Positions 28,539 to 39,781 of a stretch of 64,000 bases of DNA are shown here, piece after piece. The DNA lies in the NCBI GenBank assembly GCA_028823955.1, contig JAPPFE010000020.1, forward strand, positions 19,797-83,796, in the 5' to 3' direction. The notes below the pieces were generated by a model that searched no databases, was not told the DNA's origin, and saw nothing but the letters and a program-made list of their open reading frames with translations. This DNA is from Candidatus Dadabacteria bacterium. Lineage in GTDB: Bacteria; Desulfobacterota_D; UBA1144; Nemesobacterales; Nemesobacteraceae. Each line of letters begins with the position of its first letter. Position 1 is the stretch's first letter. The position numbers and the translations under genes are program-made.

Positions 28539-31500
28539 TCAGTTTCCGCTTACGCGCGCGAGATCTCGTTTGTTTTCCTCAAAGGCTGCCATAAGAGCTT
28601 CGTCACCTGAAAGACCGCTCTGTTGCGCGCGGTTTATGTGCTCGAGCATTCTCTTGTAGTCTTTTGGTATTACCTTAACGAATCTGGGAAGACTCCCGGA
28701 CCAGTTCTCCAATATCCGCTGCGCTACCTCGCTTCCAGTGTACTCAAAGTGCTTCCTTATCATCCCAAGAAGTTCCGCTTCGTCATTCTCCTCCACGAAT
28801 TCAAGGAACACGGATTCGGTATTGCACCTTCCGTGGAAACCCCCCTCGGGATCGTAAACATACGCCATGCCGCCCGACATCCCGGCCGCAAAATTCCTCC
28901 CGGTCGAACCCAGCACCACGACGCGGCCCCCGGTCATGTACTCGCAGCAGTGATCCCCAACAGCCTCCACCACGGCGCGGACTCCGCTGTTTCTCACGCA
29001 GAACCTCTCCCCGGCAACACCTCTCACGTAGGCTTCCCCTCCGGTGGCACCGTAGAACGCTACGTTCCCGATTATTATATTCTCCTCCGCAACGAAGGTG
29101 GACTCCTTCGGTGGATAAATAATCATTTTCCCTCCAGAAAACCCCTTTCCCGTGTAGTCGTTCGAGTCACCCTCGAGAATAAGTGTCATGCTCTTGGGAA
29201 CGAAGGCTCCGAAGCTTTGGCCCGCCGAACCAGAGAAATGAAGCCTTACCGTATCCTCCTCAAGCCCATCAAGGCCGTATCTTCTCGTAAGCTCGCTTCC
29301 AACTATGGTCCCTACAGTTCTGTTAACATTCTTTATGGGTACATCGGCGCGGACCCGCTCTCCCTTTTCAATCGTCGGGCGACATAGATCCATCAGGACG
29401 GTTTCGTCAAGAGAGTTCTGTATGCCGTGGTCCTGTTCGATCTGGCAGTAGGTTCCCCAGTCCTCCGGAACTTCGGGACGGAAGAGGATGCTGCTTATAT
29501 CTATGCCTTTGGCCTTCCAGTGATCAAGCGATTTTCTCATCTCGAGGCAGTCTGTTCTGCCTATCATCTCGTTTACGGTCCGGAAACCCATCTTCGCCAT
29601 TATTTCGCGAAACTCAGCGGCGACAAAATGCATGAAATCGACCACGTGCGCCGGATCTCCGGTGTATTTCTTTCGAAGCTCGGGGTTTTGCGTGGCAACT
29701 CCCACGGGACAGGTGTCAAGATGGCAGACCCTCATCATTATGCATCCGAGAACTATGAGCGGAGCCGTGGAAAACCCGTACTCCTCGGCACCCAGAAGGG
29801 CCGCAATGGCCACATCCCTTCCGGTTTTCATCTGACCGTCTGTCTCAAGAACCACCCTGCTTCTAAGGTTGTTAAGAACAAGCGTCTGATGCGTCTCGGC
29901 TATGCCCAGTTCCCAGGGAAGTCCCGCGTGGTGTATGCTGCTTTGCGGGGATGCTCCCGTTCCCCCAGAGGTTCCGCTTATGAGTATCACGTCCGCATGA
30001 CCCTTCGCCACGCCGGCGGCTATGGTACCGACGCCGACCTCGGAAACCAGCTTGACGTTTATCCTCGCGTGCTTGTTCGCGTTTTTAAGATCGTAGATGA
30101 GCTGCGCCAGGTCCTCGATCGAGTAGATGTCGTGGTGCGGGGGAGGCGATATCAGCCCCACTCCCGGAGTCGAGAGTCTCACCTTGGCTATCCACGGGTA
30201 AACCTTTCTCCCGGGAAGCTGTCCGCCTTCACCCGGCTTCGCTCCCTGGGCTATCTTTATCTGTATCTCGTCCGAGTTCACCAGGTATTCGCTCGTGACG
30301 CCGAAACGGCCGGAAGCAACCTGCTTTATGGCGCTTCTCCTGAGATCCCCGTTCGGATCGGGGGTATATCTGTCGGAATCTTCTCCCCCTTCCCCCGTGT
30401 TGCTCTTGGCCCCTATCCGGTTCATCGCGATCGCAAGGCTTTCGTGGGCCTCCTTGCTTATCGCCCCGTAGGACATAGCCCCCGTCTTGAACCTTCTGCA
30501 TATGCTCTCGACCGACTCCACCTCGTCAAGCGGCACGGGGTTATCCGAGTACTTAAGCTCCATCAGACCGCGGAGCGTAAAATGTTCCTTTTCCTCATCG
30601 TTTGCAAGCTTCGTGTATTCCTTGAATTTCTCGTAGCTTCTCGTCTGGCAGGCTTCCTGAAGCTTGTGCACTGTGCGCGGGTGGTACATGTGACGCTCTC
30701 CGTCGGGTCTCCACCTGTAAACCCCTCCGGTCTCAAGCGTCGCGGTCTCAACATCCCTTTCCGCGTAAGCCTTGGAGTGGCGTTTTATCGATTCCTCCGC
30801 TATGACGTCAATTCCTACTCCCTGTATACGGGAAGCCGTCCAGGTGAAGTATTTCCCGACAAACTCGGTATTTAGCCCGAGGGCCTCGAATATCTGTGCC
30901 CCATGGTAGCTTTGCACCGTGGAAATACCTATTTTGGACATTATTTTCACTATGCCCTTCACGAGACTCTTCACGTACCCGGAGACCGCTTCCTCGTAAG
31001 ATATGCCCACAAGCATGTTCTGGTGGATCATGCCGTTTAGAGTCTCGTAAGCCATGTAGGGGGCAACGGCACTTGCGCCGTAGCCTATAAGAAGCGCCAT
31101 GTGGTGAGTCTCCCTCGGTTCGCCCGATTCAATAACGAGCGCCGTGCGCATCCTGTTTCCGTTTTTTATCAGATGGTGGTGAAGCCCCGAGACCGCCAGC
31201 AAGGCAGGAATGGGGGCGTTTTCAGCATCAAAATCCCTGTCCGAGAGAACCAGGATGTTGGCACCCTTTTCTATGAGTTCATCGGCGCGGGCGAATATCC
31301 CGGAGAGCGCCTCCTCGAGTCCCTCGGCTCCCTTTTCGGGATCAAAAAGGGTGGGGATTACTTCGCAGCGGAACTTTTCCCCGCGAATGGTTTTCAGCTT
31401 TTCGATTTCCGGGTTCGTAAGAAACGGGGTCGCAAGTTCTAATTTCTCGGAGCTTTTCGCCTCGGGACGGAGTATGTTGGCCGCCTTGCCCAGCGTGACC

Positions 31501-33137
31501 ATGGTCCCGGTTATAAGTTCTTCGCGTATGGCGTCAATAGCGGGATTTGTGACCTGAGCGAACATCTGCTTGAAATAGTTGTAAAGAAGCTTCGATTCGT
31601 CAGAGAGCGCCGCAAGCGGGGTATCGACTCCCATGGCACCCACAGGTTCGACCGCGTTTTTCGACATCGGACCCAGGAGAATGCGCAGATCCTCGAAGGT
31701 GTAGCCGAAGACCCTCTGCCTCGTAAGAAGCGTTTCGGAGTCATACTCGGGCGGAGTCTCCGCCGGCTCTCCTTCCATAATCCTGGAGAAGCTCTCCATG
31801 TTTTCTCTGAGCCACTTTCCGTAGGGTTTTTCCGTTGAAAGTCTCTTTTTGAGTTCCGTATCGCCAACGATGCGGCCTTCACGCGTGTCTATAAGAAGCA
31901 TCCTTCCCGGGAGCAGGCGGCCCTTGTAGCTCACCCTCTCAGGCGGTATGTCGAGGACTCCCACTTCTGAACCCAGCACCACGGTGTCGTCCTTGGTAAC
32001 GTAATATCTCGTGGGACGAAGCCCGTTTCTGTCAAGCACCGCTCCCACTTTCTCGCCATCTGTAAAAGCTATGGAAGCAGGACCGTCCCAAGGTTCCATA
32101 AGGCAGCTGTGAAACCTGTAGAAATCCTTTTTCTCCTCGGACATGCTCTCGTGCTTTGACCACGGCTCGGGAATCATCATCATCACGGCGTGTTCTATCG
32201 AGTAGCCCGACAGGCAAAGAAATTCCATCGCGTTATCAAAAGAGGCGGAATCGCTTCCCTCGGGAGCTATCACCGGAAAGATTTTTTCTATGTCGTCGCC
32301 GTAGAACTCGGATTCCAAAACGGCCTGCCTTGAGTGCATCCAGTTTATGTTCCCACGAAGCGTGTTTATCTCGCCGTTATGTATCACGTATCTGTAAGGG
32401 TGAGCTCTGTCCCAGCTCGGAAACGTGTTCGTGCTGAAACGCGAGTGCACAAGCGCTATTGCGCTTTCCATGAGATCAGACACGAGGTCCGGGAAGTAGG
32501 GCACAAGCTGCCAGGTAACAAGCATTCCCTTATAAACTATTGTCCTCGATGAAAGGCTCGTCACGTAAAAATGCTCGTCGCGCCCCACGGTCTTTATTTC
32601 GTTCTCCGCGCGCTTTCTTATTATGTAGAGCCTTCTCTCAAAATCGTCCCCGGCGGGGGTCCCGTCTCCCCGGCCGATGAATATCTGCCTTATCCCGGGC
32701 TCACACCCTAGAGCGGTCGCGCCCAGAGAGGAATTGTCGGTCGGAACGGTCCGCCAGCCCAAAACGCTCTGGCCTTCCTCGGTGACTATATCCTCAAGCC
32801 TCTTTTTCGTTTTCTTCTCAACAGATGGATCCGGAGAGAGAAATATCATTCCGACTCCGTAATCCTCTTCTGACGGGAGGGTGATTCCCTCAGATTCCAA
32901 GGCATCGACGAAAAACGCGTGGGGTTTCTGGAACAGTATTCCGGCACCGTCTCCCGTGTTCGGCTCGCATCCGCAGGCCCCGCGGTGCTCCAAGTTTTTT
33001 AGGACGGTTATAGCATCGCGGATTATGGAATTCGACCTGACGCCCTTAACGTTAACAACGAATCCTATTCCGCAGGAATCGTGTTCAAACGCAGGGTCGT
33101 AAAGTCCCTTTTTTTCGGGAAGCTTCTTAAAATTCAT
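28539..33137 (-). CDS. gltB: Glutamate synthase large subunit
   Basis: 1532 aa. N-terminal Ntn amidotransferase domain ([11 protein letters not shown]), FMN-binding TIM barrel, 3Fe-4S cysteines and C-terminal GXGXG beta-helix domain. Confidence 0.95.
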   Translation of the reverse strand: MNFKKLPEKKGLYDPAFEHDSCGIGFVVNVKGVRSNSIIRDAITVLKNLEHRGACGCEPNTGDGAGILFQKPHAFFVDALESEGITLPSEEDYGVGMIFLSPDPSVEKKTKKRLEDIVTEEGQSVLGWRTVPTDNSSLGATALGCEPGIRQIFIGRGDGTPAGDDFERRLYIIRKRAENEIKTVGRDEHFYVTSLSSRTIVYKGMLVTWQLVPYFPDLVSDLMESAIALVHSRFSTNTFPSWDRAHPYRYVIHNGEINTLRGNINWMHSRQAVLESEFYGDDIEKIFPVIAPEGSDSASFDNAMEFLCLSGYSIEHAVMMMIPEPWSKHESMSEEKKDFYRFHSCLMEPWDGPASIAFTDGEKVGAVLDRNGLRPTRYYVTKDDTVVLGSEVGVLDIPPERVSYKGRLLPGRMLLIDTREGRIVGDTELKKRLSTEKPYGKWLRENMESFSRIMEGEPAETPPEYDSETLLTRQRVFGYTFEDLRILLGPMSKNAVEPVGAMGVDTPLAALSDESKLLYNYFKQMFAQVTNPAIDAIREELITGTMVTLGKAANILRPEAKSSEKLELATPFLTNPEIEKLKTIRGEKFRCEVIPTLFDPEKGAEGLEEALSGIFARADELIEKGANILVLSDRDFDAENAPIPALLAVSGLHHHLIKNGNRMRTALVIESGEPRETHHMALLIGYGASAVAPYMAYETLNGMIHQNMLVGISYEEAVSGYVKSLVKGIVKIMSKIGISTVQSYHGAQIFEALGLNTEFVGKYFTWTASRIQGVGIDVIAEESIKRHSKAYAERDVETATLETGGVYRWRPDGERHMYHPRTVHKLQEACQTRSYEKFKEYTKLANDEEKEHFTLRGLMELKYSDNPVPLDEVESVESICRRFKTGAMSYGAISKEAHESLAIAMNRIGAKSNTGEGGEDSDRYTPDPNGDLRRSAIKQVASGRFGVTSEYLVNSDEIQIKIAQGAKPGEGGQLPGRKVYPWIAKVRLSTPGVGLISPPPHHDIYSIEDLAQLIYDLKNANKHARINVKLVSEVGVGTIAAGVAKGHADVILISGTSGGTGASPQSSIHHAGLPWELGIAETHQTLVLNNLRSRVVLETDGQMKTGRDVAIAALLGAEEYGFSTAPLIVLGCIMMRVCHLDTCPVGVATQNPELRKKYTGDPAHVVDFMHFVAAEFREIMAKMGFRTVNEMIGRTDCLEMRKSLDHWKAKGIDISSILFRPEVPEDWGTYCQIEQDHGIQNSLDETVLMDLCRPTIEKGERVRADVPIKNVNRTVGTIVGSELTRRYGLDGLEEDTVRLHFSGSAGQSFGAFVPKSMTLILEGDSNDYTGKGFSGGKMIIYPPKESTFVAEENIIIGNVAFYGATGGEAYVRGVAGERFCVRNSGVRAVVEAVGDHCCEYMTGGRVVVLGSTGRNFAAGMSGGMAYVYDPEGGFHGRCNTESVFLEFVEENDEAELLGMIRKHFEYTGSEVAQRILENWSGSLPRFVKVIPKDYKRMLEHINRAQQSGLSGDEALMAAFEENKRDLARVSGN

Positions 33138-33285
33138 ATAACTGTCCGCCTGTTGTGTTGTTATGAAAAAACAACGCGAGAGCTGATGCCGGCGTAAGCA
33201 ACCTCTTCAGACGCCATCGTACAATTATAACATAAATCCGAAACTCCGCACACGCACCTCCCACGGTTATAATAAACAAGGAAAG

Positions 33286-33627
33286 ATGGCAATTGATCCC
33301 CAGGAAATCAAAGAGAAAAAAGACCCTGAAAGCATAATCCTCTCTTTCCACATGGAGTCAAGCGCGACTTTGTGGAACAGGATATTCGAGGGTTTTTCCT
33401 CCGAGATGGTCCTCGTGAGCAGGTTCGAGGGAAAGAACAGAAAGGCTCTCGACATACTCTACAGATTCGGCTCCATCGTCGCAGAAAAATACGGGAAATG
33501 CGCCGTAGAACCCAGGGTCTACGGAATAGTCATAAAAAAAGACGTAAGCGACGAACCCGAGGAGACGATAAACGAATGGATGGACCTGATGCGCAGGCTT
33601 CGCCATGAGATAATCGAGGTGCTCTAA
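33286..33627 (+). CDS. Hypothetical protein (113 aa)
   Basis: ORF divergent from gltB. Its stop overlaps the birA stop (convergent). No recognised motif. Confidence 0.35.
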   Translation: MAIDPQEIKEKKDPESIILSFHMESSATLWNRIFEGFSSEMVLVSRFEGKNRKALDILYRFGSIVAEKYGKCAVEPRVYGIVIKKDVSDEPEETINEWMDLMRRLRHEIIEVL

Positions 33628-34442
33628 AAAACAGTATCTCCCGTAATCACCTTGCGAAGGTCGCCTTCATCCGTTCTCAGATAAAGAAATCCATTTGCAT
33701 CGACGCGTTCCACGACTCCGCTTACAACCTCTCCCGAGACGTCTACGGATACCTCCTTTCCCAAAAATCCCCACATCTCGATCCACGTATCCACAATCGC
33801 CCCTGTCCCGCGGCGACGGAACTCCCCGTAGAACCGGTCAAGGGCGTTAATAAGCTCCGCGCAGAACTTCTCCCTGTTAACTTCCTCTCCGAGGAGTATA
33901 GAAAGAGAGGTGGTTTTCTCTGAAATATCCTCCATTTCACTGCGGATGAATTCCTCAGGCAAATTGAGATTAACCCCGATGCCGATTACGAGATAGTCGA
34001 TAGCGCCGCCGGAGGTTCCAAGTTCCGTGAGCACCCCCGAAATTTTCTTCCCGCCGACAAGAATATCGTTCGGCCACTTTATCTCGGCGTCCACGCCGTA
34101 GGCTGAGAAAACCTCGACAAGGGCGCAGGACGCAAGGAAGGTAAAGACGGAGGATCTCCGCGGGGATACCTCCGGGCGAAACAAGGCGGAGAGATAAAGA
34201 TTCATGCCCCCGGGAGATACCCACTTTCGCCCAAGCCGTCCCCTGCCCCCGGTCTGCGAATCGGAAACCACTACCGTTCCGTCCGCGTCTGAACCTTCCG
34301 CCACGAGTTCACGCAGGACGTCATTTGTGGAACCTAACTCATTGAAAACAAAAAGCTGCTCGCCAACTTTTTCCGCTTGAAGATGTTTTCTTATTCTCGA
34401 AATTTCCATGCAGATAAAGCACCCCTTTTGCGCGATATTCAA
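33624..34442 (-). CDS. birA: Biotin--[acetyl-CoA-carboxylase] ligase (class I, no HTH domain)
   Basis: GRGRLGRKWVSPGG biotin-binding loop. A KWPNDIL motif is also present. Confidence 0.85.
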   Translation of the reverse strand: MNIAQKGCFICMEISRIRKHLQAEKVGEQLFVFNELGSTNDVLRELVAEGSDADGTVVVSDSQTGGRGRLGRKWVSPGGMNLYLSALFRPEVSPRRSSVFTFLASCALVEVFSAYGVDAEIKWPNDILVGGKKISGVLTELGTSGGAIDYLVIGIGVNLNLPEEFIRSEMEDISEKTTSLSILLGEEVNREKFCAELINALDRFYGEFRRRGTGAIVDTWIEMWGFLGKEVSVDVSGEVVSGVVERVDANGFLYLRTDEGDLRKVITGDTVF

Positions 34443-35091
34443 GTATTATAGTCGGAACTCCTGCTCAAGAAAAAAACTCGGTTCCGTGAAACGACTTCTT
34501 TCGAAAAACCTTGCGATACCGTTTGCCGCCTACGGGGTGGTGATAGCGGCGATCATAATCTCAAGAGCCGCGATTGGCCGTGAGTACGCCCTTTTGCTCT
34601 CGGCGGGGTTCATGCTCTGGGTTCCGTTTCTGCTTGACCGCGGCGCGGTGGGTGTTTTGAGGTTCGATCTGCGGGGACTGGTTCGGGGAACGGTAATTTC
34701 TATTGCAGTGCTTTTCTCCTACTTGGTCTTTCTATATCTTTTTTCAGCCTACTTGGGAAAAACGGTCAAGTTCGTTGAACCGACGGCACTTTTCGTGCTC
34801 ACGCACCTTGTAGTTATAGCGTTTCCCGAGGAGTTTTTCTTCAGGGGATACCTTCAGAGAACTCTCGGCGGCGGATGGGGTGCGATTATTGCGGCAAGCG
34901 TGCTTTTTGCCTTGGCGCATCTTCTCGTGATCTGCGTATTCTCCGGTGGGAGCTACTGCGCGCAGAACGTCCTCACCTTTTTCCCTTCGCTTGTCATGGG
35001 GTATCTATACATGAGAACCGGAAACATCTGGTCAAGCGTTTTCTTTCACTTCGCCGCAAATATCGTTTACCTGTCTTTTAGACTTGCTTAG
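34408..35091 (+). CDS. CPBP-family (CAAX/Abi) intramembrane metalloprotease
   Basis: Motif 1 EEFFFRGYLQ, motif 2 FALAHL, motif 3 HFAANIVY. Start uncertain; the first ATG overlaps birA, and a GTG near 34486 is possible. Confidence 0.7.
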   Translation: MQIKHPFCAIFKYYSRNSCSRKKLGSVKRLLSKNLAIPFAAYGVVIAAIIISRAAIGREYALLLSAGFMLWVPFLLDRGAVGVLRFDLRGLVRGTVISIAVLFSYLVFLYLFSAYLGKTVKFVEPTALFVLTHLVVIAFPEEFFFRGYLQRTLGGGWGAIIAASVLFALAHLLVICVFSGGSYCAQNVLTFFPSLVMGYLYMRTGNIWSSVFFHFAANIVYLSFRLA

Positions 35092-35162
35092 TCAGAGTCT
35101 CCCTTAAGCCCGCAAGCCGTAGAATTCTCGAAATATCCTGCGGTTACAAGTATAGTTTTCAA

Positions 35163-36902
35163 ATGAAACAGTTGCGGATCGGGCTCTCCCAGATCAATCC
35201 GAGCGTGGGGGACATAACCGGAAACACTAAAAAAATAACCAAGATGATCGAGGCGGCGCGAGGTCTCGATATAGACATTTTGTGTTTCCCCGAGCTTTCC
35301 GTAACCGGCTATCCCCCCGAGGATCTTCTTCTTAAACCCGAGTTCATCGATGACAACATCCGGGCGCTTGACGAAATAAAGAAGCACTGTCCGGACAATA
35401 TGGTCGTCATAGTGGGCTTTGTCGATAAAAAGGACGACATATTCAACTCGGCAGCCGTAATCCAGAGAGGGGAGCTAATCGACGTATACCACAAACTCCG
35501 CCTTCCCAACTACGGAGTGTTCGACGAGAACCGCTATTTCCAGTCAGAAAGACGGTTTCCCGTTTACTCCATGGGAAAAATGACTTTCGGGGTCACGATC
35601 TGCGAGGACATATGGTATCCCGGAGAACCTATAAGAAGCCAGGTTCTGCTGGGAAACGCCCAGATCATATTCAACCTCTCGGCTTCACCCTACTACATGG
35701 GAAAGCCTCTGGCGAGGGAGAGGATGCTCGCCACAAGGGCGGTTGACTACAACACAATAATAGCCTACTGCAACATGGTCGGCGGGCAGGACGAGCTTGT
35801 GTTTGACGGAAACAGCATGTTCATAGATGAAAAAGGCACCATCGTCGCCACTGCGCGTCACTTCGAAGAAGACCTGCTGATCTGCGACGTTAACACCGAA
35901 AGGGTTTACAAATCAAGGCTTAACACTCCGACCATAAGAAAGACAAGATACGAGCTCTCCTTTGAGGAAAACCAACTCGAAACATTCACGCTTAAGACTA
36001 CGAAAACAAAGCGGAAAGTGAAAATCCCGGGGAAACAGACTGATCCTTCTGGAGATCCTCTAAAATGCGCCTTCTCGGCACTTGTTCTCGGCACCGGGGA
36101 TTACATAAGAAAAAACGGCTTTGAAAAGGTGGTGATTGGGTTAAGCGGCGGGATAGATTCTTCGCTTACAGCCGTCATTGCCACAGAAGCCGTCGGACCC
36201 TCAAAAGTCGTCGGAGTTTCCATGCCTTCAATGTACAGTTCCAAGGGAAGCGTCACTGATGCGAAAAAGCTCGCGCGCAATCTCGGAATCGAGCTTTTAA
36301 GCATTCCCATAGAAGACGTTTTCAGGTGCTACGAGGAAATGTTCGCCGAGTTTTTCTCCGGAATGGAGTCAGACGTAACGGAAGAGAACATCCAGGCGAG
36401 GATAAGAGGAAATATCCTCATGGCGCTTTCAAACAAGTTCGGGTGGCTCGTGCTTGCCACGTCGAACAAAAGTGAACTCGCGGTTGGTTATTCTACCCTC
36501 TACGGCGATATGTCAGGGGGATTTGCGGTGATAAAGGATGTGCCCAAGGCCATGGTTTACGAACTCTCTCATTATTACAACCGTCTTCGGGGAAAACAAA
36601 TTATACCAAGATCCGTGATCGAAAAGCCCCCTTCAGCCGAGCTTCGCCCAAACCAGAAAGACACCGACTCGCTTCCAGAATACGATACGCTCGACAGGAT
36701 ACTGAAAGCCTACGTGGAGGACGGACTTGGGGTCGACGACATAGTAAAGCTCGGGGAGAAAAGAAGCGTAGTGCGTAGAGTAATCAGAATGGTAAATACG
36801 AACGAGTACAAAAGAAGGCAGAGCGCCCCGGGGGTAAAAATAACGTCGCTTGCCTTCGGAAAGGACCGCCGCTTCCCGATAACCAACCTCTACAAGAAGT
36901 AA
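35163..36902 (+). CDS. nadE: Glutamine-dependent NAD+ synthetase (CN-hydrolase domain + NAD synthetase domain)
   Basis: 579 aa. N-terminal nitrilase-fold domain, and a C-terminal PP-loop SGGIDSS with an NAD-synthetase region. Confidence 0.9.
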   Translation: MKQLRIGLSQINPSVGDITGNTKKITKMIEAARGLDIDILCFPELSVTGYPPEDLLLKPEFIDDNIRALDEIKKHCPDNMVVIVGFVDKKDDIFNSAAVIQRGELIDVYHKLRLPNYGVFDENRYFQSERRFPVYSMGKMTFGVTICEDIWYPGEPIRSQVLLGNAQIIFNLSASPYYMGKPLARERMLATRAVDYNTIIAYCNMVGGQDELVFDGNSMFIDEKGTIVATARHFEEDLLICDVNTERVYKSRLNTPTIRKTRYELSFEENQLETFTLKTTKTKRKVKIPGKQTDPSGDPLKCAFSALVLGTGDYIRKNGFEKVVIGLSGGIDSSLTAVIATEAVGPSKVVGVSMPSMYSSKGSVTDAKKLARNLGIELLSIPIEDVFRCYEEMFAEFFSGMESDVTEENIQARIRGNILMALSNKFGWLVLATSNKSELAVGYSTLYGDMSGGFAVIKDVPKAMVYELSHYYNRLRGKQIIPRSVIEKPPSAELRPNQKDTDSLPEYDTLDRILKAYVEDGLGVDDIVKLGEKRSVVRRVIRMVNTNEYKRRQSAPGVKITSLAFGKDRRFPITNLYKK

Positions 36903-36911
36903 AAGGACAAA

Positions 36912-37172
36912 TCACTTAAGCGAGAGAATAAACTCAGAGAGGCTCTCAACGGTCTCAAGAATCCCGGGGGAAACCTCGGACTCGTCAATTGAGACCCCAA
37001 ACTCCTCTTCAAGCTCCATAATGAATTCAAGCGTCGAAACGGAGTCGACGCCAACTCCGAGCTCGATCAGCGACTGCTCAGCCGATATATCCTGAGGACT
37101 GATGTCGAGATTGAACTTGCCGACGACAAGCCGCCTTATTTTCTCCCCAAGAATTTCTTTTCGCTCGGTCAC
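36912..37172 (-). CDS. Acyl carrier protein-like (phosphopantetheine attachment DSV motif)
   Basis: 86 aa, acidic. LGVGVDSVSTLEFIMELEEEFGV fits the ACP helix II serine site. 4-nt overlap with the upstream ligase gene. Confidence 0.7.
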   Translation of the reverse strand: MTERKEILGEKIRRLVVGKFNLDISPQDISAEQSLIELGVGVDSVSTLEFIMELEEEFGVSIDESEVSPGILETVESLSEFILSLK

Positions 37173-38614
37173 TTAAGTTTCTCCCTAAGCACTTTTCCTG
37201 CTGGGCTTCTCGGAAGTGCGTCTACGAATTCCATCTTCGCGGGAATCTTGTAGTCGGAAATTTTTCCCCTGCAGAAACTGATAACTTCCCGCCTCGTGAG
37301 TCCGTCCGCGACGATAAAGGCCTTTACCTCTTCCCTGCCCCCGGCTCCAGGGGTTCCTATCACCGCAGCTTCCGTTATTTTCCCGTGAGTCATAAGCAGG
37401 TTTTCAACTTCAAACGGGTCAACCTTGTTCCCAGAGATGTTGATGAAAAGCTTCTTTCTTCCGCGAATGAAAAGATACCCGTCGCCGTCGAACATTCCGA
37501 GATCCCCGGTGTGGTAAAAACCGTCGACAAAAACCCTCTCGGTCTCTTCCGGAAAATCAACGTAGCCGTCTGTCATGGAAGGGCTCCTTATTATTATCTC
37601 GCCGATCTGCCCGACCGGAAGTTCGCCCCCGGTTTCCGAGACCACCCTTATAACGACGTTTTCAACCGGTACTCCGACTGAAAGACGCTTCTCCTCTATG
37701 TTCTCCGCGATATTAATTGCCATCACCCCGGTCTCGGAGGAACCGTAGAGCTGGCGGGGATAGACGCCGAAAGCCCGGTGGAAGGAAAAAAAGGTTTCTT
37801 CGGGCAGGGGGGCCCCGGCGGAAATAACGTGCTTTAGCCGCGGGAAATCATAATCCCCACGGCTCGCGCTTCGAGCGAGGGTCTCTAGCATGAACGGAAC
37901 GGCGGGAAAGATCGTTATCTGTTCTTCTTCCAGCACGCCGAGGACCTCTTTTCTGGTAAACCTCGGAAGGAAATAGCAGCACGCCCCGACGCTTACGGCG
38001 CTTACGAAGTTCCCAAAGCCATAGGTATGCGATATCGGAATCGAAAAAAGAATCCTGTCCCCTCTATCCCAGTTTATTGTGGCCGTGTGATTCCGGGCAA
38101 GAGCGATCATGTTAGCGTGGCTTCTCGCAACGCACTTGGGCTTTCCGGTTGAGCCAGTGGAAAAAAGGTAGATAGCTTTCTCCGAAGAACGGTTTCCTGG
38201 CGGATCCGCGGGAGCGTCGCCAAGAAAGTTGTCCCGGGTCACGCAAACGGTGGTTATGCCTCCAGAAACGGCACTCACGGTATCCGCAAGAGATTCGTCC
38301 GTAACGATCAGGACCGGATGCGAGAACTCAAGGTAGTGCCTTATCTCCTCGGTTCCGCAGGCGCTGTCAATTGGAACGCAGGCAGCCCCAAGTCTCGCTA
38401 TCGAGAAAACGGATACGGCAAGGGAAAGTGAATTGGGGAGGAAAACGCACACCTTATCCCCCCGTGACACCCCCAGGTTGGAAAGAAACGAGGAAAAGCC
38501 GTCAACAAAGCCGCAGAGTTGCGCGTAGCTGTAGATTTCTCCTTGATACCAAGCGGCCGCTCCCTGGGGATTTCGCTTCAGGTTTGAATAAAGAATTTCG
38601 CAGTAGTTTCTCAT
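37169..38614 (-). CDS. AMP-dependent synthetase/ligase (acyl-CoA/acyl-ACP synthetase or FAAL-like)
   Basis: 481 aa. AMP-binding motif LFSTGSTGKPKCV, an A8-like YHTGD motif and the C-terminal lysine region. Confidence 0.85.
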   Translation of the reverse strand: MRNYCEILYSNLKRNPQGAAAWYQGEIYSYAQLCGFVDGFSSFLSNLGVSRGDKVCVFLPNSLSLAVSVFSIARLGAACVPIDSACGTEEIRHYLEFSHPVLIVTDESLADTVSAVSGGITTVCVTRDNFLGDAPADPPGNRSSEKAIYLFSTGSTGKPKCVARSHANMIALARNHTATINWDRGDRILFSIPISHTYGFGNFVSAVSVGACCYFLPRFTRKEVLGVLEEEQITIFPAVPFMLETLARSASRGDYDFPRLKHVISAGAPLPEETFFSFHRAFGVYPRQLYGSSETGVMAINIAENIEEKRLSVGVPVENVVIRVVSETGGELPVGQIGEIIIRSPSMTDGYVDFPEETERVFVDGFYHTGDLGMFDGDGYLFIRGRKKLFINISGNKVDPFEVENLLMTHGKITEAAVIGTPGAGGREEVKAFIVADGLTRREVISFCRGKISDYKIPAKMEFVDALPRSPAGKVLREKLK

Positions 38615-38621
38615 CGCCCCG

Positions 38622-39668
38622 TCACGGGAAAAGGGGAACTTGTCCGAGTCCAGTGTCCTCGGGAAATCCGAAGACTATATTCATGTTCTGAACGGCTTGG
38701 CCCGCGGCTCCCTTCATGAGATTGTCAAGAACCGAGACAATGACAAAGTGCCCTTCCCGCTCGCAGAAGCCCAAAGAGATATAGTTGGAACCGGAAACAG
38801 ACGCCATTCCGGGCGGCTCGTCGCAGACCCGGACGAAAGCATCATCTCCGTAGAACCCAGCGTAAAGTTTCCTTACCTCATCGGGGGAGATCTCCGAGCG
38901 AAGCCTGAGATACGAAGTGGCCATTATTCCCCTTTTAACCGGAATACGTGTATTGAAGAAAAGCAGTTTCTTCTTCACGCCGCAGAAATCGTAGAGCACG
39001 CGAAGAATCTCATGTTTCTGGTCATCCCCTCCAGCCCCACGGGCAGATACGTCCTCCTTTACCTCGGTGTAGTGGCTCTCGGGTTTCGGTGCTCGTCCCG
39101 AAGTCGAAAAAGAAGACTTTATGTCCACTATAATGTCGTTTTCCACTTCATACTCTTTAAGAAAAGGCACCACGGCGAGAGAAACGCAGGTAGAGTAGCA
39201 ACCCGCGTTAGCAATCAACGGAGCGTTTTTTATCCTCTCGCGGTTTAGTTCGCTAAGTCCGTAGACCGCTTGAGAGAGAAGTTCGGGAAAGCGCGGCGCT
39301 ACGCCGTGAGCCAGGGAGTAGTCGGCAGGGTCAGAGAATCTTAAGTCGGAGCTGAGATCGATCACCCTTACGCCTTTCTCAAGGAATTTCCGCACGAAAA
39401 CAGAAGAGGTTCCCCCGGGAAGACAGGAGAACAGAAGATCGAGAGGTTCTGAGTCAGGAATTTTCGATACGGGGCTTAGGATAAGATCCGAGTAGCCCAA
39501 AAGATGTGGGAACGCCTCATCCGCCCTCCTGCCCGAGAACTTCTCAGACGTAAGCACCCGCAGGTCAATATTAGGGTGGCGCGCCAGAAGGGAAAGAAGC
39601 TGCTGGCCGACATAACCCGTAACTCCCAGAATTGCCGTCTTGAGTTTCATCTTCTCTCGGGAAACCAA
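38622..39668 (-). CDS. argC: N-acetyl-gamma-glutamyl-phosphate reductase (ArgC family; LysY-like also possible)
   Basis: Rossmann ILGVTGYVGQQLL, catalytic Cys motif ANAGCYST and the C-terminal LMKGAAGQAVQNMN signature. The true start may be the MKLKT ATG at 39650. Confidence 0.85.
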   Translation of the reverse strand: MVSREKMKLKTAILGVTGYVGQQLLSLLARHPNIDLRVLTSEKFSGRRADEAFPHLLGYSDLILSPVSKIPDSEPLDLLFSCLPGGTSSVFVRKFLEKGVRVIDLSSDLRFSDPADYSLAHGVAPRFPELLSQAVYGLSELNRERIKNAPLIANAGCYSTCVSLAVVPFLKEYEVENDIIVDIKSSFSTSGRAPKPESHYTEVKEDVSARGAGGDDQKHEILRVLYDFCGVKKKLLFFNTRIPVKRGIMATSYLRLRSEISPDEVRKLYAGFYGDDAFVRVCDEPPGMASVSGSNYISLGFCEREGHFVIVSVLDNLMKGAAGQAVQNMNIVFGFPEDTGLGQVPLFP

Positions 39669-39692
39669 GCTGTTCGTCGCAAATCCACCTTG

Positions 39693-39721
39693 ATTAATAT
39701 GGAACCTGCTATCATTAATAT
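39693..39721. promoter_or_regulatory. Two copies of ATTAATAT spaced about 21 bp apart, upstream of argC (candidate operator)
   Basis: Seen directly at 39693..39700 and 39714..39721, in the 113-bp region between the argC start and the DHH-gene stop. Confidence 0.25.
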
Positions 39722-39781
39722 AGCTTTAAAAGCGGAAGGGAAAAACCGGGTTCAGCAGAAAAAAGAGGTTGGCTTCCGTCC

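Noticed and set aside
28623-30875. Long plus-strand ORFs (254 aa, 482 aa and others) within 28.5-33.1 kb.
   Set aside because: They are antisense or alternate-frame ORFs inside gltB, which has unmistakable GltB domains on the minus strand. Long antisense ORFs are typical of GC-rich coding DNA.
33138-33285. Possible riboswitch (glutamine/glnA-type) in the gltB leader.
   Set aside because: No recognisable conserved riboswitch core sequence was found. The region reads as an ordinary AT-rich divergent promoter with TATAAT-like elements.
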